64,000 nucleotides of DNA from an uncultured Lachnospiraceae bacterium (GTDB taxonomy: Bacteria; Bacillota; Clostridia; Lachnospirales; Lachnospiraceae): positions 2,037 through 66,036 of the forward strand of contig CANQDT010000009.1 in assembly GCA_947593735.1 (NCBI GenBank), read 5' to 3'. The notes beneath the pieces were generated by a model that was not told the DNA's origin, searched no databases, and saw only the letters and a program-made list of their open reading frames with translations. Numbering within the stretch: the stretch's first letter is position 1; each line of letters opens with the position of its first letter. The position numbers and the translations under genes are program-made. Positions 53,801 through 61,746 of this stretch are shown piece after piece.

Positions 53801-55364
53801 TCGTGAACGTGCTGATCGAATGGGCGGGAAGCGTTACGCTGATCTTTCTCCCGTTGAAATTGATATCCACGTCCTGCGCGCTTCCCTCTCCGTTTTTCAC
53901 CATCAGCGCGATCGTCCCATCCGGATTGCGGAACGCGATCTCGCGCCGCGCCGCGGTATAGGTCGCGTCGGATTCCCGGTCGGAGGTGGTGGAAGGAGTA
54001 TATGCCATGTCATAGGTGCCGCCGCTCTCGATCCGGCGCGCGCCCGGCTGGACATAGCTGGAGTAATGCCGGATCTCATAATAGTGCGGATTCAGCGAAT
54101 ACTCTTTTGTCGTCTCGTTCACCGTGATCGGCGCGTTCTGGTACCACCCGCCGGTCGTATTGGCGCCGCCGGGATTTGTCCCGTTCCAGTCAAGCACCAT
54201 GTTCCACATATTGTACGATGTGATCCCGTTTGAGAAATACATCCACATCTCATCAAACTGGTTTTCCGCGTACTGCCAGTTGTTCCTGCCGTCGCCGCAC
54301 ATCGTTTCCGACTGCATCATGTCAAGGTCAAATCCGGTATGGTAAAGGGATCTTGCCAGATTGTACGACCACCACTGGAACGTGATCCCGGACAGGCATT
54401 TCCTCGCTTCCGGGTCTACGAGCGATGGGAACGCCAGGTTATCGTCCGAATTAGTGAACGTCCCGAGATAAATTTCAACGCCGGTCCCCTCCAGCGCGGG
54501 ACTCAGATAGTCGCGGATAAAGTCGCGCAGCTCCTCGCCGGTCCAGAGGCAGGAGGAATACCCGGTCCACATCGTCGGCTCATTTTGCGGGCTGACCATC
54601 GAGATATGGATCCCTTCCGCCTCATACGCGTCGACGAATTTGCGGAAATACGCGCCGTACGCGCTCATATTTTCTTCCGTGAAGTCGATATAACCGCCGT
54701 CCTTCTGCGTGCGCGGCGATCCGTCCTCATTCCGTTTCATCCACCACGGCGGGGACCATGGGGACGCCCACAGCTTCAGATCTGGCTGCCGCTCCAGGGC
54801 GGCTTTGATGAATGGGATCAGTTTTTCCTTGTCCCGCTCGATCGAAAAATCATTCAGCTCATAATCGTCCTCCGTCTCGTCCAGCGAATACATATCCATC
54901 GCGTAATCGTTCGATCCGATCGGGAGCCGCCCCATTGTCAGATGGAGTCCTTCCGGCTCGTCCGGGGCAAACAGCAGATCAAGGACGTGATTGCGTTCTT
55001 CTTCGGTCAGTTGCATGAGCTTGTGCCATCCGCGCTCGCTAAAGCAGCCTCCCCAGACGTTTTCCGCCATCTGCTGGTAGGTGATCGTTTCGTCAACGTC
55101 AATATACAGATCCCTGTGGTCGCTCTCATTCCAGTCTTCCGTCTGCACTGTGCCCATGTTCTGGAAATAGTTGTTTTCCTGGGACATGACCCATGTGACG
55201 TCGCCCGCGTTTCGGGCTGCCTGCACGCGTTCCGTTTCCTCCGCGTGGACGCCGGACGGGAAGCCGCCCGCTGTCCCGGCAGCCGCCATACAGGCGGTCA
55301 TCAATAATGAAAGTGTCTGTTTCATTCTTCGTTTCCTTTCTGATTTCTTTTTGACCTGCAACAT
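50880..55364 (-). CDS. secreted multi-catalytic glycosidase: GH30-like, ricin-type lectin, LamG-like, GH43-like, Ig-like and dockerin modules
   Basis: Start is most likely ATG 55364, after GGAGGAAAAGAGGAA (alternatives 55424 and 55325). Signal peptide MKQTLSLLMTACMAAAG. GH30 blocks IGSNDYAMD, WASPWSPPWWMK and VSPQNEPT. Ricin-like segment (IRNVETGKALSV...QQWYLEP...NWIMEK). LamG-like segment (LLADFNFDDD...GNSLYLDG). GH43-like segment (GVRDPYLTYNPETETYYIIATD, VWESKDLITW, MWAPEA). Dockerin GDVDNDGSIRLSDAVLAL...NVDGDENVTTKDVLRILKKA. Confidence 0.75.
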   Translation of the reverse strand: MLQVKKKSERKRRMKQTLSLLMTACMAAAGTAGGFPSGVHAEETERVQAARNAGDVTWVMSQENNYFQNMGTVQTEDWNESDHRDLYIDVDETITYQQMAENVWGGCFSERGWHKLMQLTEEERNHVLDLLFAPDEPEGLHLTMGRLPIGSNDYAMDMYSLDETEDDYELNDFSIERDKEKLIPFIKAALERQPDLKLWASPWSPPWWMKRNEDGSPRTQKDGGYIDFTEENMSAYGAYFRKFVDAYEAEGIHISMVSPQNEPTMWTGYSSCLWTGEELRDFIRDYLSPALEGTGVEIYLGTFTNSDDNLAFPSLVDPEARKCLSGITFQWWSYNLARSLYHTGFDLDMMQSETMCGDGRNNWQYAENQFDEMWMYFSNGITSYNMWNMVLDWNGTNPGGANTTGGWYQNAPITVNETTKEYSLNPHYYEIRHYSSYVQPGARRIESGGTYDMAYTPSTTSDRESDATYTAARREIAFRNPDGTIALMVKNGEGSAQDVDINFNGRKISVTLPAHSISTFTTQGTPLTGKETDMTETIPKEEIVEIRNVETGKALSVKGGGTASLSDIIQWDYSGQASQQWYLEPSSIGDTPTVKLVNIKSFSIAAVNGGTKNDGERLILWVYEGNADQNWIMEKSGDYYKFKNGNSGMYMTLESTASDARAVQKPASDSNLQLWEVVPAYTGSESSDLLADFNFDDDAGGFVGGKAKAEGTYTLSDEGYDGNSLYLDGSTSNYLSVTKEDGTSLLTGVEELTISYDMKPDRADTNWAFYAAPSDATQVNNREQYLGILIKNGVTTAERYLNSGSRPSVAEATTGDSWYHVDVVVAKENTTVYVNGQERSKIDSSISVPQILGDSSVLYIGKANWGAQGEFFKGWLDNYKIYGHACSKDELPSVSPAFGEVLLNQAEQEIRDVTLSDRSATLPSYYGTVTWKSDLPEVTIAEDGLRATVRQPENGQEPITGTLTAVLTVLGNQREVTVPVTILPEAAADDPYGYLMVHFVEDSNGYAEKIYLDISRGDNPEQWDPLNGRKPILASNLGTTGVRDPYLTYNPETETYYIIATDLRVFGGDNLNWGGWQKNYSTKLNVWESKDLITWTDFRQFDVVLDEQGHKLANLGMLWAPEATWVPDYYGDGRGAFVVYWSSTVYEDEAQNNSIGSHIMWGATTDFTKDTWEYGGKFLDGGSNGSIDTTIIQNAGKTYHITKSNSEQIIMESTDSKQWWLPDTKWTRIQSRIGQSRYGACEGPAVFKDHSQENRWYLFVDDLPVPGYQPMVSTDLDKGWDYLDDPDYFLTENTKHGGVISLTKRQYDAIRAADAVSAVENELGTVTIAKDVSEEGLSGLLPKAEVNLAYDSGTSMLPVRWDLSGVKFGTPGSYPIEGVVQTIGANLDQWVGDGGSTSYLAENKTLYSSGEIRVSATVEITDRASFTPGDVDNDGSIRLSDAVLALEWSVKEPTDEEKQSQPYRAANVDGDENVTTKDVLRILKKANGREVEGL

Positions 55365-55519
55365 TTCCTCTTTTCCTCCTTCATTTATAGATTCATTCTC
55401 AAATGTTTGCTTTTCATGATGCATCCTGCCATGCTCAAAGCAATTATATCATCCCGTAAATTATCTGAATATGGAAAAAAGCATAAAAAAGATGGACTTT
55501 TTGAACAATTTTTTGGAAC

Positions 55520-55573
55520 AAAAACGCTCCCTTCCGGAAGCAGAGGTTTCTCTGTCGGTTCCGAAAGGGAGCG
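55520..55573 (-). terminator. intrinsic terminator after the giant esterase gene
   Basis: On the minus strand, CGCTCCCTT pairs with AAGGGAGCG (55573-55565 and 55533-55525) around an internally paired loop. TTTTTG follows. Confidence 0.6.
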
Positions 55574-55599
55574 CGTTCCTGATCATGAAAGATCCTATT

Positions 55600-58500
55600 T
55601 TAGTTTTCCAATGCTGCTTTTAAAATTTCCAAAGCGTCGGAAAGGGTCACATTCTGATCTTTGTTCATATCTGCCCGCTGTTTCTGCAGGTCAGTCAGAA
55701 CGATCGAACCATTTGCCGCTTTTAACGCCATCAGGGCGTCCTTTGACGTCACATAACCGTCGTCGTTTACATCTCCGAGCATGCCTTCCGTTTCCGCGCC
55801 GTATGCCCGGTCTCTTTCCCCGGTCATCCTCGACAGCCCAATATCGTCGAATCTGACATCGCCGTTTTCGCCATACAGCCGGATCACCGCGTAGGCGGCG
55901 TCCTCGGGCATTTCCAGGGTCTGTTCGTATTTTGTAAATTCCGTATCGGCGACAGAAAGTTCAAAGGATTTGGAAGCTTTACCGGAATACGTATATGTTT
56001 CCAGCTTGATCGTTCCTGCTGCCGCTTCTTCTTTCTTCGCGTAAGCACGGAACAGATATGGCTGGCACGCGGTCACCGCGAACGGCTCGGAGGAATAGGT
56101 CACGCCTTCCTCGCCGCCCCTGATAACCAGAGCCTGGTTTCCTTCCGCCTTATCTTCCGTATCAATATTATCCTGCGTGGCGACGGTGCCTTGCTCGTCA
56201 CATTCTTCGATCCGTATACTGTCCACCCACGCCGTGCCGCTCGCGTACCGCATCATTACATTGGAGCGGAGATACTGCCACGTCTGTCCGTCCTCTGCCG
56301 CCGGCGTCTTCAAAACCATGCTATAATCAGTCCAGTCGCTGTCAGACGCGGAATCGGTCTGACCCGGTACATTCAGATACGAAGCGGATAAGGAGTACGG
56401 ATGAGCGGTATCCGCGGCGCCGTTGCTTTCCTGATACAGAAGCGCCTGGTACGTCAGCCCGGCAGGCTTACCCTGTGAAAATTGATCCAGAAGCTGATAG
56501 TTCTGTGTTTTTGCCTTCATCGTGATCTTATAGAACGTATCCGGTTTCAGTTTCACATACTGGCTTCCGGTATGGAAATAACTTCTGTCAGCCGATTCAC
56601 CGGAAGCGGTGCTGACAAATTTCAGGCTTCTTCCGCCGGTCACATAGTCCTCCTGATCATAGCTTGCCGTCACAGCCGGCATACTGTTTGTGCCGACGGT
56701 CCAGTTGGAACGGAAATTCATGAGATCCGAATCAAAATTTTCCGGGATCGCGCTCGGAATGTCCGTGGTCGTCCATGCGGACGCAACTCCATTGGCGGCG
56801 TCTTCAAAATCCGCGTTCTGGAGTTCGGACGTCACCCGTACATCGTCATACCATACGGTTCCCTGTTTTTCTTCCGCGCCCTCCGTCTGGCATCTTCCGG
56901 AGAGATCGATCCGCATATAATACGCGTCCTCCGGAACTGTAACGCTGCTGCCGATGGTCTGCCATTCATGCGTTCCCTTTGTGTCGTCATTGATCCTTAT
57001 CTCAGACCCGACCGTCTGGCTGTCGTCTTTGTCATAGAAAAGCACAGACATATTGACCAGGTCGGTCGTCCGAACATTCTCCGTTTTGACTGCCGCGGAA
57101 ACATAGAACTTATGTCCGCCTTTTACCGGGATATGATTCTTGATCGAATAATAGTCCCGCGCGTTGTTGATCCCGATATCAATTCTCGCGGAACCGGCGC
57201 CGCTTCCGTTCGGCAGATCGGAGCCGACCTTATATTCACAGACGGTCTGTCCGTAATCAGCGTCCGACGCGCCGATCCTCATTAACTTCCACTGGCTGAT
57301 CCCGTTATTGAAATTTTCGCTCCAGAGATCCATTTCATTGTTCGGCTCGTGCGGACGTACGGTTACCGGAACCGGCGTGACCGTGCGGTTGACATCCTCA
57401 TACATCTTATCGATCAAAGCCGAATACTGATCAAACAGATCCTGTTCCGTCTCTTTATAATTGAGGTACGCGTTTTTAAACTGCGGCTGAAGCTCCTCGT
57501 CATCCGCGTTTTCCACATATTCACGGACTTTATCATCATCCATCGGGTCAATTCCGTATTGCAGCGCTTTTTTCTCGGCTGTTCGGATATTCCGGATATA
57601 ATTGATGCAGACCCGGTGCGCGTCAAACATATCGCCGTAGAGCTGCGCCGCTCTCTTTCCGGACGGCGTATTCGGAATGACCGCCGTGTTGATCCCCTGC
57701 GCAAGATCCGATTCCGTATACGGGCCGAACGCGGTACCGTCCAGAACAAGATCATAAGTTCCTTCTTTGAGGCCGTTGATCCGGATGACATCCTGATTGT
57801 AATCCCTGGTCAGAGGAACGATCCGGTTTGCCTCAAAATATCCGGTGATCGGCAGGATTGTTGTGCCGGACGGCGTATAGGTAAAGGAAAGGGACTCGGG
57901 TGTTCCAACGGCATCCTGGACCGTTCCGCTGTTCACGGCGACCTTGTCATCTGAAACCGTCAATTCCGTTTCCAGATTGGCTCCGTCCAGCCCATGCGCT
58001 TTCGCGATCAGATACATCATGACAAAACCGCCCAGTTCCCTTGGATGGATCCGGTCGTCCGGATTGATGAACGTCCGTGTCGGATCGTCTTCCTGATATG
58101 CGTCCAGAAGCCGGTACATCGTCCTGGTCAGGTCGATATAATGGCACTGATTTTCCTTTGTAAATGTTTCCAGCCATTCCGCGTACTGGATCATACGGTT
58201 TCTCGCGCCGACCTTGTTCGTCGTGATCGCAACGTCGCTCACCATCGTATCGTCATAAGGGGAGCTTGACATGAGCGTGATCTCTTTTACCCCTTTTGCT
58301 TTGACTGCCGCAACGAGCTTCGTCATATTTTCTTTGAACAGCGCGATATTTTCTTCGTCGGAATGTCCGGCGGCGATCAGTAATCCGACGTCGTTCATTC
58401 CAAACATGATGACGACTTTATTCGGAACGACATTGTCATATTTTTTCAGCATCGCGAATTCTTTGTCCAACATTCCAAGTCCGAGTTCCGCCGTATCGCC

Positions 58501-60888
58501 GCCGATCCCCATATTGTAAAATTTGATCCTGGCGTCCGGTTTTTTCGCCGCGTACAGCTGCATCAGGTAAGAGGAATAAAAATCCTGATTTGTGATGCTG
58601 TCGCCGATGATCGCGACCTTATCGCCGTCCTCAAACTGCATGGACGGATCCTCCGGCATATCGATCTCTGCGATGGCGTGTTCTACGCCGCGGCGGATGC
58701 TGTCGTCCAGGACGACGCTGTTGTCCGTACCCGGTTCCGGCTCAGGATCCGGCTCCGGCTTCGGTTCCTGCTCTGCCGGGGCTTCCGGGGCGTCCGCGCC
58801 GTTTAATCCGATATGGAACGGGGACGCCGGCAGATCCGCTCCGTTCGCGAGATTCGGATTCGCCGGAAGTTCGCTGTACGCATAGCTGACATAGCAGGGA
58901 TCCGGCACCTGGTCGGATGTTACCTTCACCGTATTCCCGGCAATCTCCGCTTTCGCGTCATAATATACGCCGTCTGCGCCCGCGAGCGTAAATTCCTGCA
59001 GCTCCGTTGCGGAAGATCGTCCGGATCCGTCGCAGCGGTACGAATAATCGGGATTTAATACTTTCAGTCCGTCTGCGGTTCCTTCCTGGAAGGTAACCGT
59101 CACCGTGCTGCCCTCCGCGGTTGCCTGGTCAACCAGCGGTCCGGAGATCACCCGGTCTTTTTTGATCATTCCGAGATATGCGTTCGCCATTCTCTTTCCA
59201 AGGATGTCTTTGCCCAACGGATGGATCAGGCTTTGGTTGACGACCGTCCCGTCCGCGGTATGGTGCGAATCCTGTGTTGTATCCATGCTGACCGCCATAT
59301 AAAGATTGGTATTGACATCGCTGTCGTTCAACATTTTCCGCTGGATCTCACGCATCACCTGGAAACGCTGGGAACCGGGACTCTGATATTCCGGCTCGCT
59401 GTTTTTATACGGCGCAAGCTGCACATACAAAAACGGCAGCGTCTTGTCATGGAAAATTCCTCTGTAATCCTGAATCAGGTTTTTGAAATCATTATAATAG
59501 GTTTTGAACCCGGTCGCGTTGGAATCCGCGCAGCCCTGATACCACAGGACGCCGGCGATATTCAGCCCATCCAAAGGCGCGATGTGATTATTATACAGGC
59601 GCCCTTTTTTGCTCCAGATATTGATCGCCGAACCGCCTCTGGACGCCTGGATGATCCCAACCGGGATCTCGGTTTCTTCTGCCAGTCTGTCCGCGAAGAA
59701 CGCGGCGAGCGAGGACAGCGCCAGAATATTTTTATGTCTCCTTGCCGTTGTCACGCCCAGGGAACTTGTCTCCAGCCGTTCCCCGTCGGACGGGCACCAG
59801 TCGATCCAGACCGGAACGTCTTCTGTTACGACGCCGGATTCCGCCTGCCCGTCTTCCCTCATCCGGAACATCCGGATTTTATCGCTCGCGATGGCGCTCT
59901 GCAGCTCAAACATACCTTTTTTATAATAGATCGCGCCGTTGGGACCGTCGATGTTGTTATATTGCGTCTCTCTCTGGTCGGCGGCTTTCGGAGCGTCGTA
60001 CGCCATATTGGACTGACCGGACGCAAGGAATACATCGCCTACGAGAACATTGCTGAGCTTGATCTCCGGCGCGGAAGTCCCGTCGCTGATTGTGATGGTA
60101 TACGGGCTCATTCCTGCTTTCATCGGCGGCAGCTCCGCTTTCCAGTTTCCGCTTTCATCGGGATTTACCGTTACGGTTTCCGTATTGGAGGAAGACGCAT
60201 CTTCCGTCATGGTGACCTGAACCGTTTCCCCGGTTGCGCTGTATCCTTTAATCACGTGATTCTTCTCTCTCTGGAGCACCATATTGTCCCCATAAAAATT
60301 GCTGACGGAGAGCGCGTCCGTTTTTGTCGTCGTATCCTGATACAGTTCAATCTCCGACAGCGTCAGCCTTGTGCTCCAGTTATAGAAAAGCAGATACCGA
60401 TATGTACCGATCCGGTGGGATCTGGAAGAAAGTTCGGTTTTTGTATAGCATTTTGCGCCGTTTTCCGAGGTTGATGTGATATTCGTCCGCAAAAGGTCGC
60501 CGCAATCATTCCGCGTGAAGGTATCGGTAATTCCGCTGAATCCTTCCACGACCGAAACAAAATTGGAAGCATTGTCCCCGGTCTGGTACGCTTTGATCGT
60601 GCTGATCGGATATTCTTTTCCGAGGTCGAGCACAACGAACGTCTGCTGGCCGATAGCGGCGTCGGTCGTATAATCGCCGTCCGTCAGCACCTGATAGGCG
60701 GCGTCTTCCGTGACTTCGCCCCGGCATTTAAATACCTGTTCATCCTGGTCGAATGTATACCGGTACAACGCTTTGCCGGGTAATTCGATCTTCTCTTCTG
60801 TCAGGACATCCGCCGCATGCGCCGTCGGGATATTGACACACGACGCGAGCAGCGCGAATGCGCACAGAAATGATAACCACTTCTTCAT
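55600..60888 (-). CDS. secreted 1762-aa protein: discoidin-like module, SASA/DUF303-type O-acetylesterase, SGNH/GDSL esterase, repeated CBM4_9-like modules and dockerin
   Basis: Signal peptide MKKWLSFLCAFALLASCVNIPTAHA. SASA blocks GDVFLASGQSNMAY and GVLWYQGCADS. Pro/Glu linker EPKPEPDPEPEPG. SGNH blocks VAIIGDSITN, GIGGDT, MFGMNDV and DRIHP. Three CBM-like repeats (NFNNGISQW, LQNADFEDAANG, ...). Dockerin GDVNDDGYVTSKDALMAL...DMNKDQNVTLSDALEILK. Confidence 0.75.
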   Translation of the reverse strand: MKKWLSFLCAFALLASCVNIPTAHAADVLTEEKIELPGKALYRYTFDQDEQVFKCRGEVTEDAAYQVLTDGDYTTDAAIGQQTFVVLDLGKEYPISTIKAYQTGDNASNFVSVVEGFSGITDTFTRNDCGDLLRTNITSTSENGAKCYTKTELSSRSHRIGTYRYLLFYNWSTRLTLSEIELYQDTTTKTDALSVSNFYGDNMVLQREKNHVIKGYSATGETVQVTMTEDASSSNTETVTVNPDESGNWKAELPPMKAGMSPYTITISDGTSAPEIKLSNVLVGDVFLASGQSNMAYDAPKAADQRETQYNNIDGPNGAIYYKKGMFELQSAIASDKIRMFRMREDGQAESGVVTEDVPVWIDWCPSDGERLETSSLGVTTARRHKNILALSSLAAFFADRLAEETEIPVGIIQASRGGSAINIWSKKGRLYNNHIAPLDGLNIAGVLWYQGCADSNATGFKTYYNDFKNLIQDYRGIFHDKTLPFLYVQLAPYKNSEPEYQSPGSQRFQVMREIQRKMLNDSDVNTNLYMAVSMDTTQDSHHTADGTVVNQSLIHPLGKDILGKRMANAYLGMIKKDRVISGPLVDQATAEGSTVTVTFQEGTADGLKVLNPDYSYRCDGSGRSSATELQEFTLAGADGVYYDAKAEIAGNTVKVTSDQVPDPCYVSYAYSELPANPNLANGADLPASPFHIGLNGADAPEAPAEQEPKPEPDPEPEPGTDNSVVLDDSIRRGVEHAIAEIDMPEDPSMQFEDGDKVAIIGDSITNQDFYSSYLMQLYAAKKPDARIKFYNMGIGGDTAELGLGMLDKEFAMLKKYDNVVPNKVVIMFGMNDVGLLIAAGHSDEENIALFKENMTKLVAAVKAKGVKEITLMSSSPYDDTMVSDVAITTNKVGARNRMIQYAEWLETFTKENQCHYIDLTRTMYRLLDAYQEDDPTRTFINPDDRIHPRELGGFVMMYLIAKAHGLDGANLETELTVSDDKVAVNSGTVQDAVGTPESLSFTYTPSGTTILPITGYFEANRIVPLTRDYNQDVIRINGLKEGTYDLVLDGTAFGPYTESDLAQGINTAVIPNTPSGKRAAQLYGDMFDAHRVCINYIRNIRTAEKKALQYGIDPMDDDKVREYVENADDEELQPQFKNAYLNYKETEQDLFDQYSALIDKMYEDVNRTVTPVPVTVRPHEPNNEMDLWSENFNNGISQWKLMRIGASDADYGQTVCEYKVGSDLPNGSGAGSARIDIGINNARDYYSIKNHIPVKGGHKFYVSAAVKTENVRTTDLVNMSVLFYDKDDSQTVGSEIRINDDTKGTHEWQTIGSSVTVPEDAYYMRIDLSGRCQTEGAEEKQGTVWYDDVRVTSELQNADFEDAANGVASAWTTTDIPSAIPENFDSDLMNFRSNWTVGTNSMPAVTASYDQEDYVTGGRSLKFVSTASGESADRSYFHTGSQYVKLKPDTFYKITMKAKTQNYQLLDQFSQGKPAGLTYQALLYQESNGAADTAHPYSLSASYLNVPGQTDSASDSDWTDYSMVLKTPAAEDGQTWQYLRSNVMMRYASGTAWVDSIRIEECDEQGTVATQDNIDTEDKAEGNQALVIRGGEEGVTYSSEPFAVTACQPYLFRAYAKKEEAAAGTIKLETYTYSGKASKSFELSVADTEFTKYEQTLEMPEDAAYAVIRLYGENGDVRFDDIGLSRMTGERDRAYGAETEGMLGDVNDDGYVTSKDALMALKAANGSIVLTDLQKQRADMNKDQNVTLSDALEILKAALEN

Positions 60889-61535
60889 GATAAATCCCCC
60901 TTTATGATCCTTTGATAGAAATTTTTATACCACTCTTCCGCGATCAGCTTATGTCCCGCGGGCGTCGGATGCACGCCGTCGCGCAGCCAGTGCGACGTGT
61001 CTCCGGTTTTCTTCGCTGCCAGGTCAAACTTTATCTGCAGCGGAAGAAATGTAAGCCGGTATTTTTCCGCGATCCGCTTTGCCGCCTCGGCGCGCGCGCA
61101 GACGCCGCTGCGAAATTCGGGATAAAACGATTCATTCTCCCTGCTTTCCAGAACAAACGGCTCCATGATCGCGATTTTTAACTTTGGCAGCGCTGCCGTG
61201 ACCTCGCGGATCAGACTGTCGTAAAGCAATTCATAAAGCTCCGCGGACGTACCGTCGTTCCTCGTAATCCCAGCCCATACGTCGTTTACGCCGACAAGGA
61301 TGCTCATATAGTCCGGCTCCAGATGGACAATATCGCGGTTCCGGCGTTCGATGATATTCGTGATCTTGTCGCCGCCGATCCCGCGATTGAAAAACGTATA
61401 TTTGCCCGGATCGTCGCAGCCGATCAGCGCCTGGACCATAGTCACGTAGCCATGCCCCGAACAAAAATCATGGCCTTCTTCTCGGAAGCGGTTCGCGTCC
61501 GTGATCGAATCGCCCTGAAACAATATTGTTTTCAT
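60885..61535 (-). CDS. cytoplasmic SGNH/GDSL hydrolase family protein
   Basis: ATG at 61535 follows AGGGGAG. Blocks ILFQGDSITD, GIGGDK, VGVNDVW and DGVHPTPAGH. The stop overlaps the start of the giant esterase (ATGA). Confidence 0.85.
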   Translation of the reverse strand: MKTILFQGDSITDANRFREEGHDFCSGHGYVTMVQALIGCDDPGKYTFFNRGIGGDKITNIIERRNRDIVHLEPDYMSILVGVNDVWAGITRNDGTSAELYELLYDSLIREVTAALPKLKIAIMEPFVLESRENESFYPEFRSGVCARAEAAKRIAEKYRLTFLPLQIKFDLAAKKTGDTSHWLRDGVHPTPAGHKLIAEEWYKNFYQRIIKGDLS

Positions 61536-61672
61536 TTGATCTCCCCTTTCTTCTTCCGTTTCTCTCATTCTTTTTTCATATGCTCATTTTATCAGGGAGA
61601 AAATTTAGCGTCAATGCGCTCCCCTTACAATGTCCTTTTGAATTAATCTTTCGTCCTTTTTAATAAATCACC

Positions 61673-61700
61673 TTGTTTTTTCCGACCAATATGGTATGAT
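61673..61700 (+). promoter_or_regulatory. extended -10 promoter of the second AraC gene
   Basis: TTGTTT (61673-61678), a 16-nt spacer ending in TGG, then TATGAT (61695-61700). It covers the ATG at 61696 listed in the ORF track. Confidence 0.45.
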
Positions 61701-61746
61701 GATCAGGAAGAACCGGATATATGCGAATGATGGGAGGATTCTCGCC

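Noticed and set aside
52371-55307. 620-aa and 322-aa plus-strand ORFs inside the GH30/GH43 gene
   Set aside because: Both are antisense shadow ORFs with no RBS and Arg-rich products. The minus-strand frame has coherent domain signatures throughout.
59221-60474. 417-aa plus-strand ORF inside the giant esterase gene
   Set aside because: Shadow ORF opposite the SASA-domain coding frame.
61696-61746. ATG at 61696 as the start of the second AraC gene
   Set aside because: This ATG lies within the predicted TGnTATGAT -10 element and has no RBS. The in-frame TTG at 61747 follows a strong GGGAGGA.
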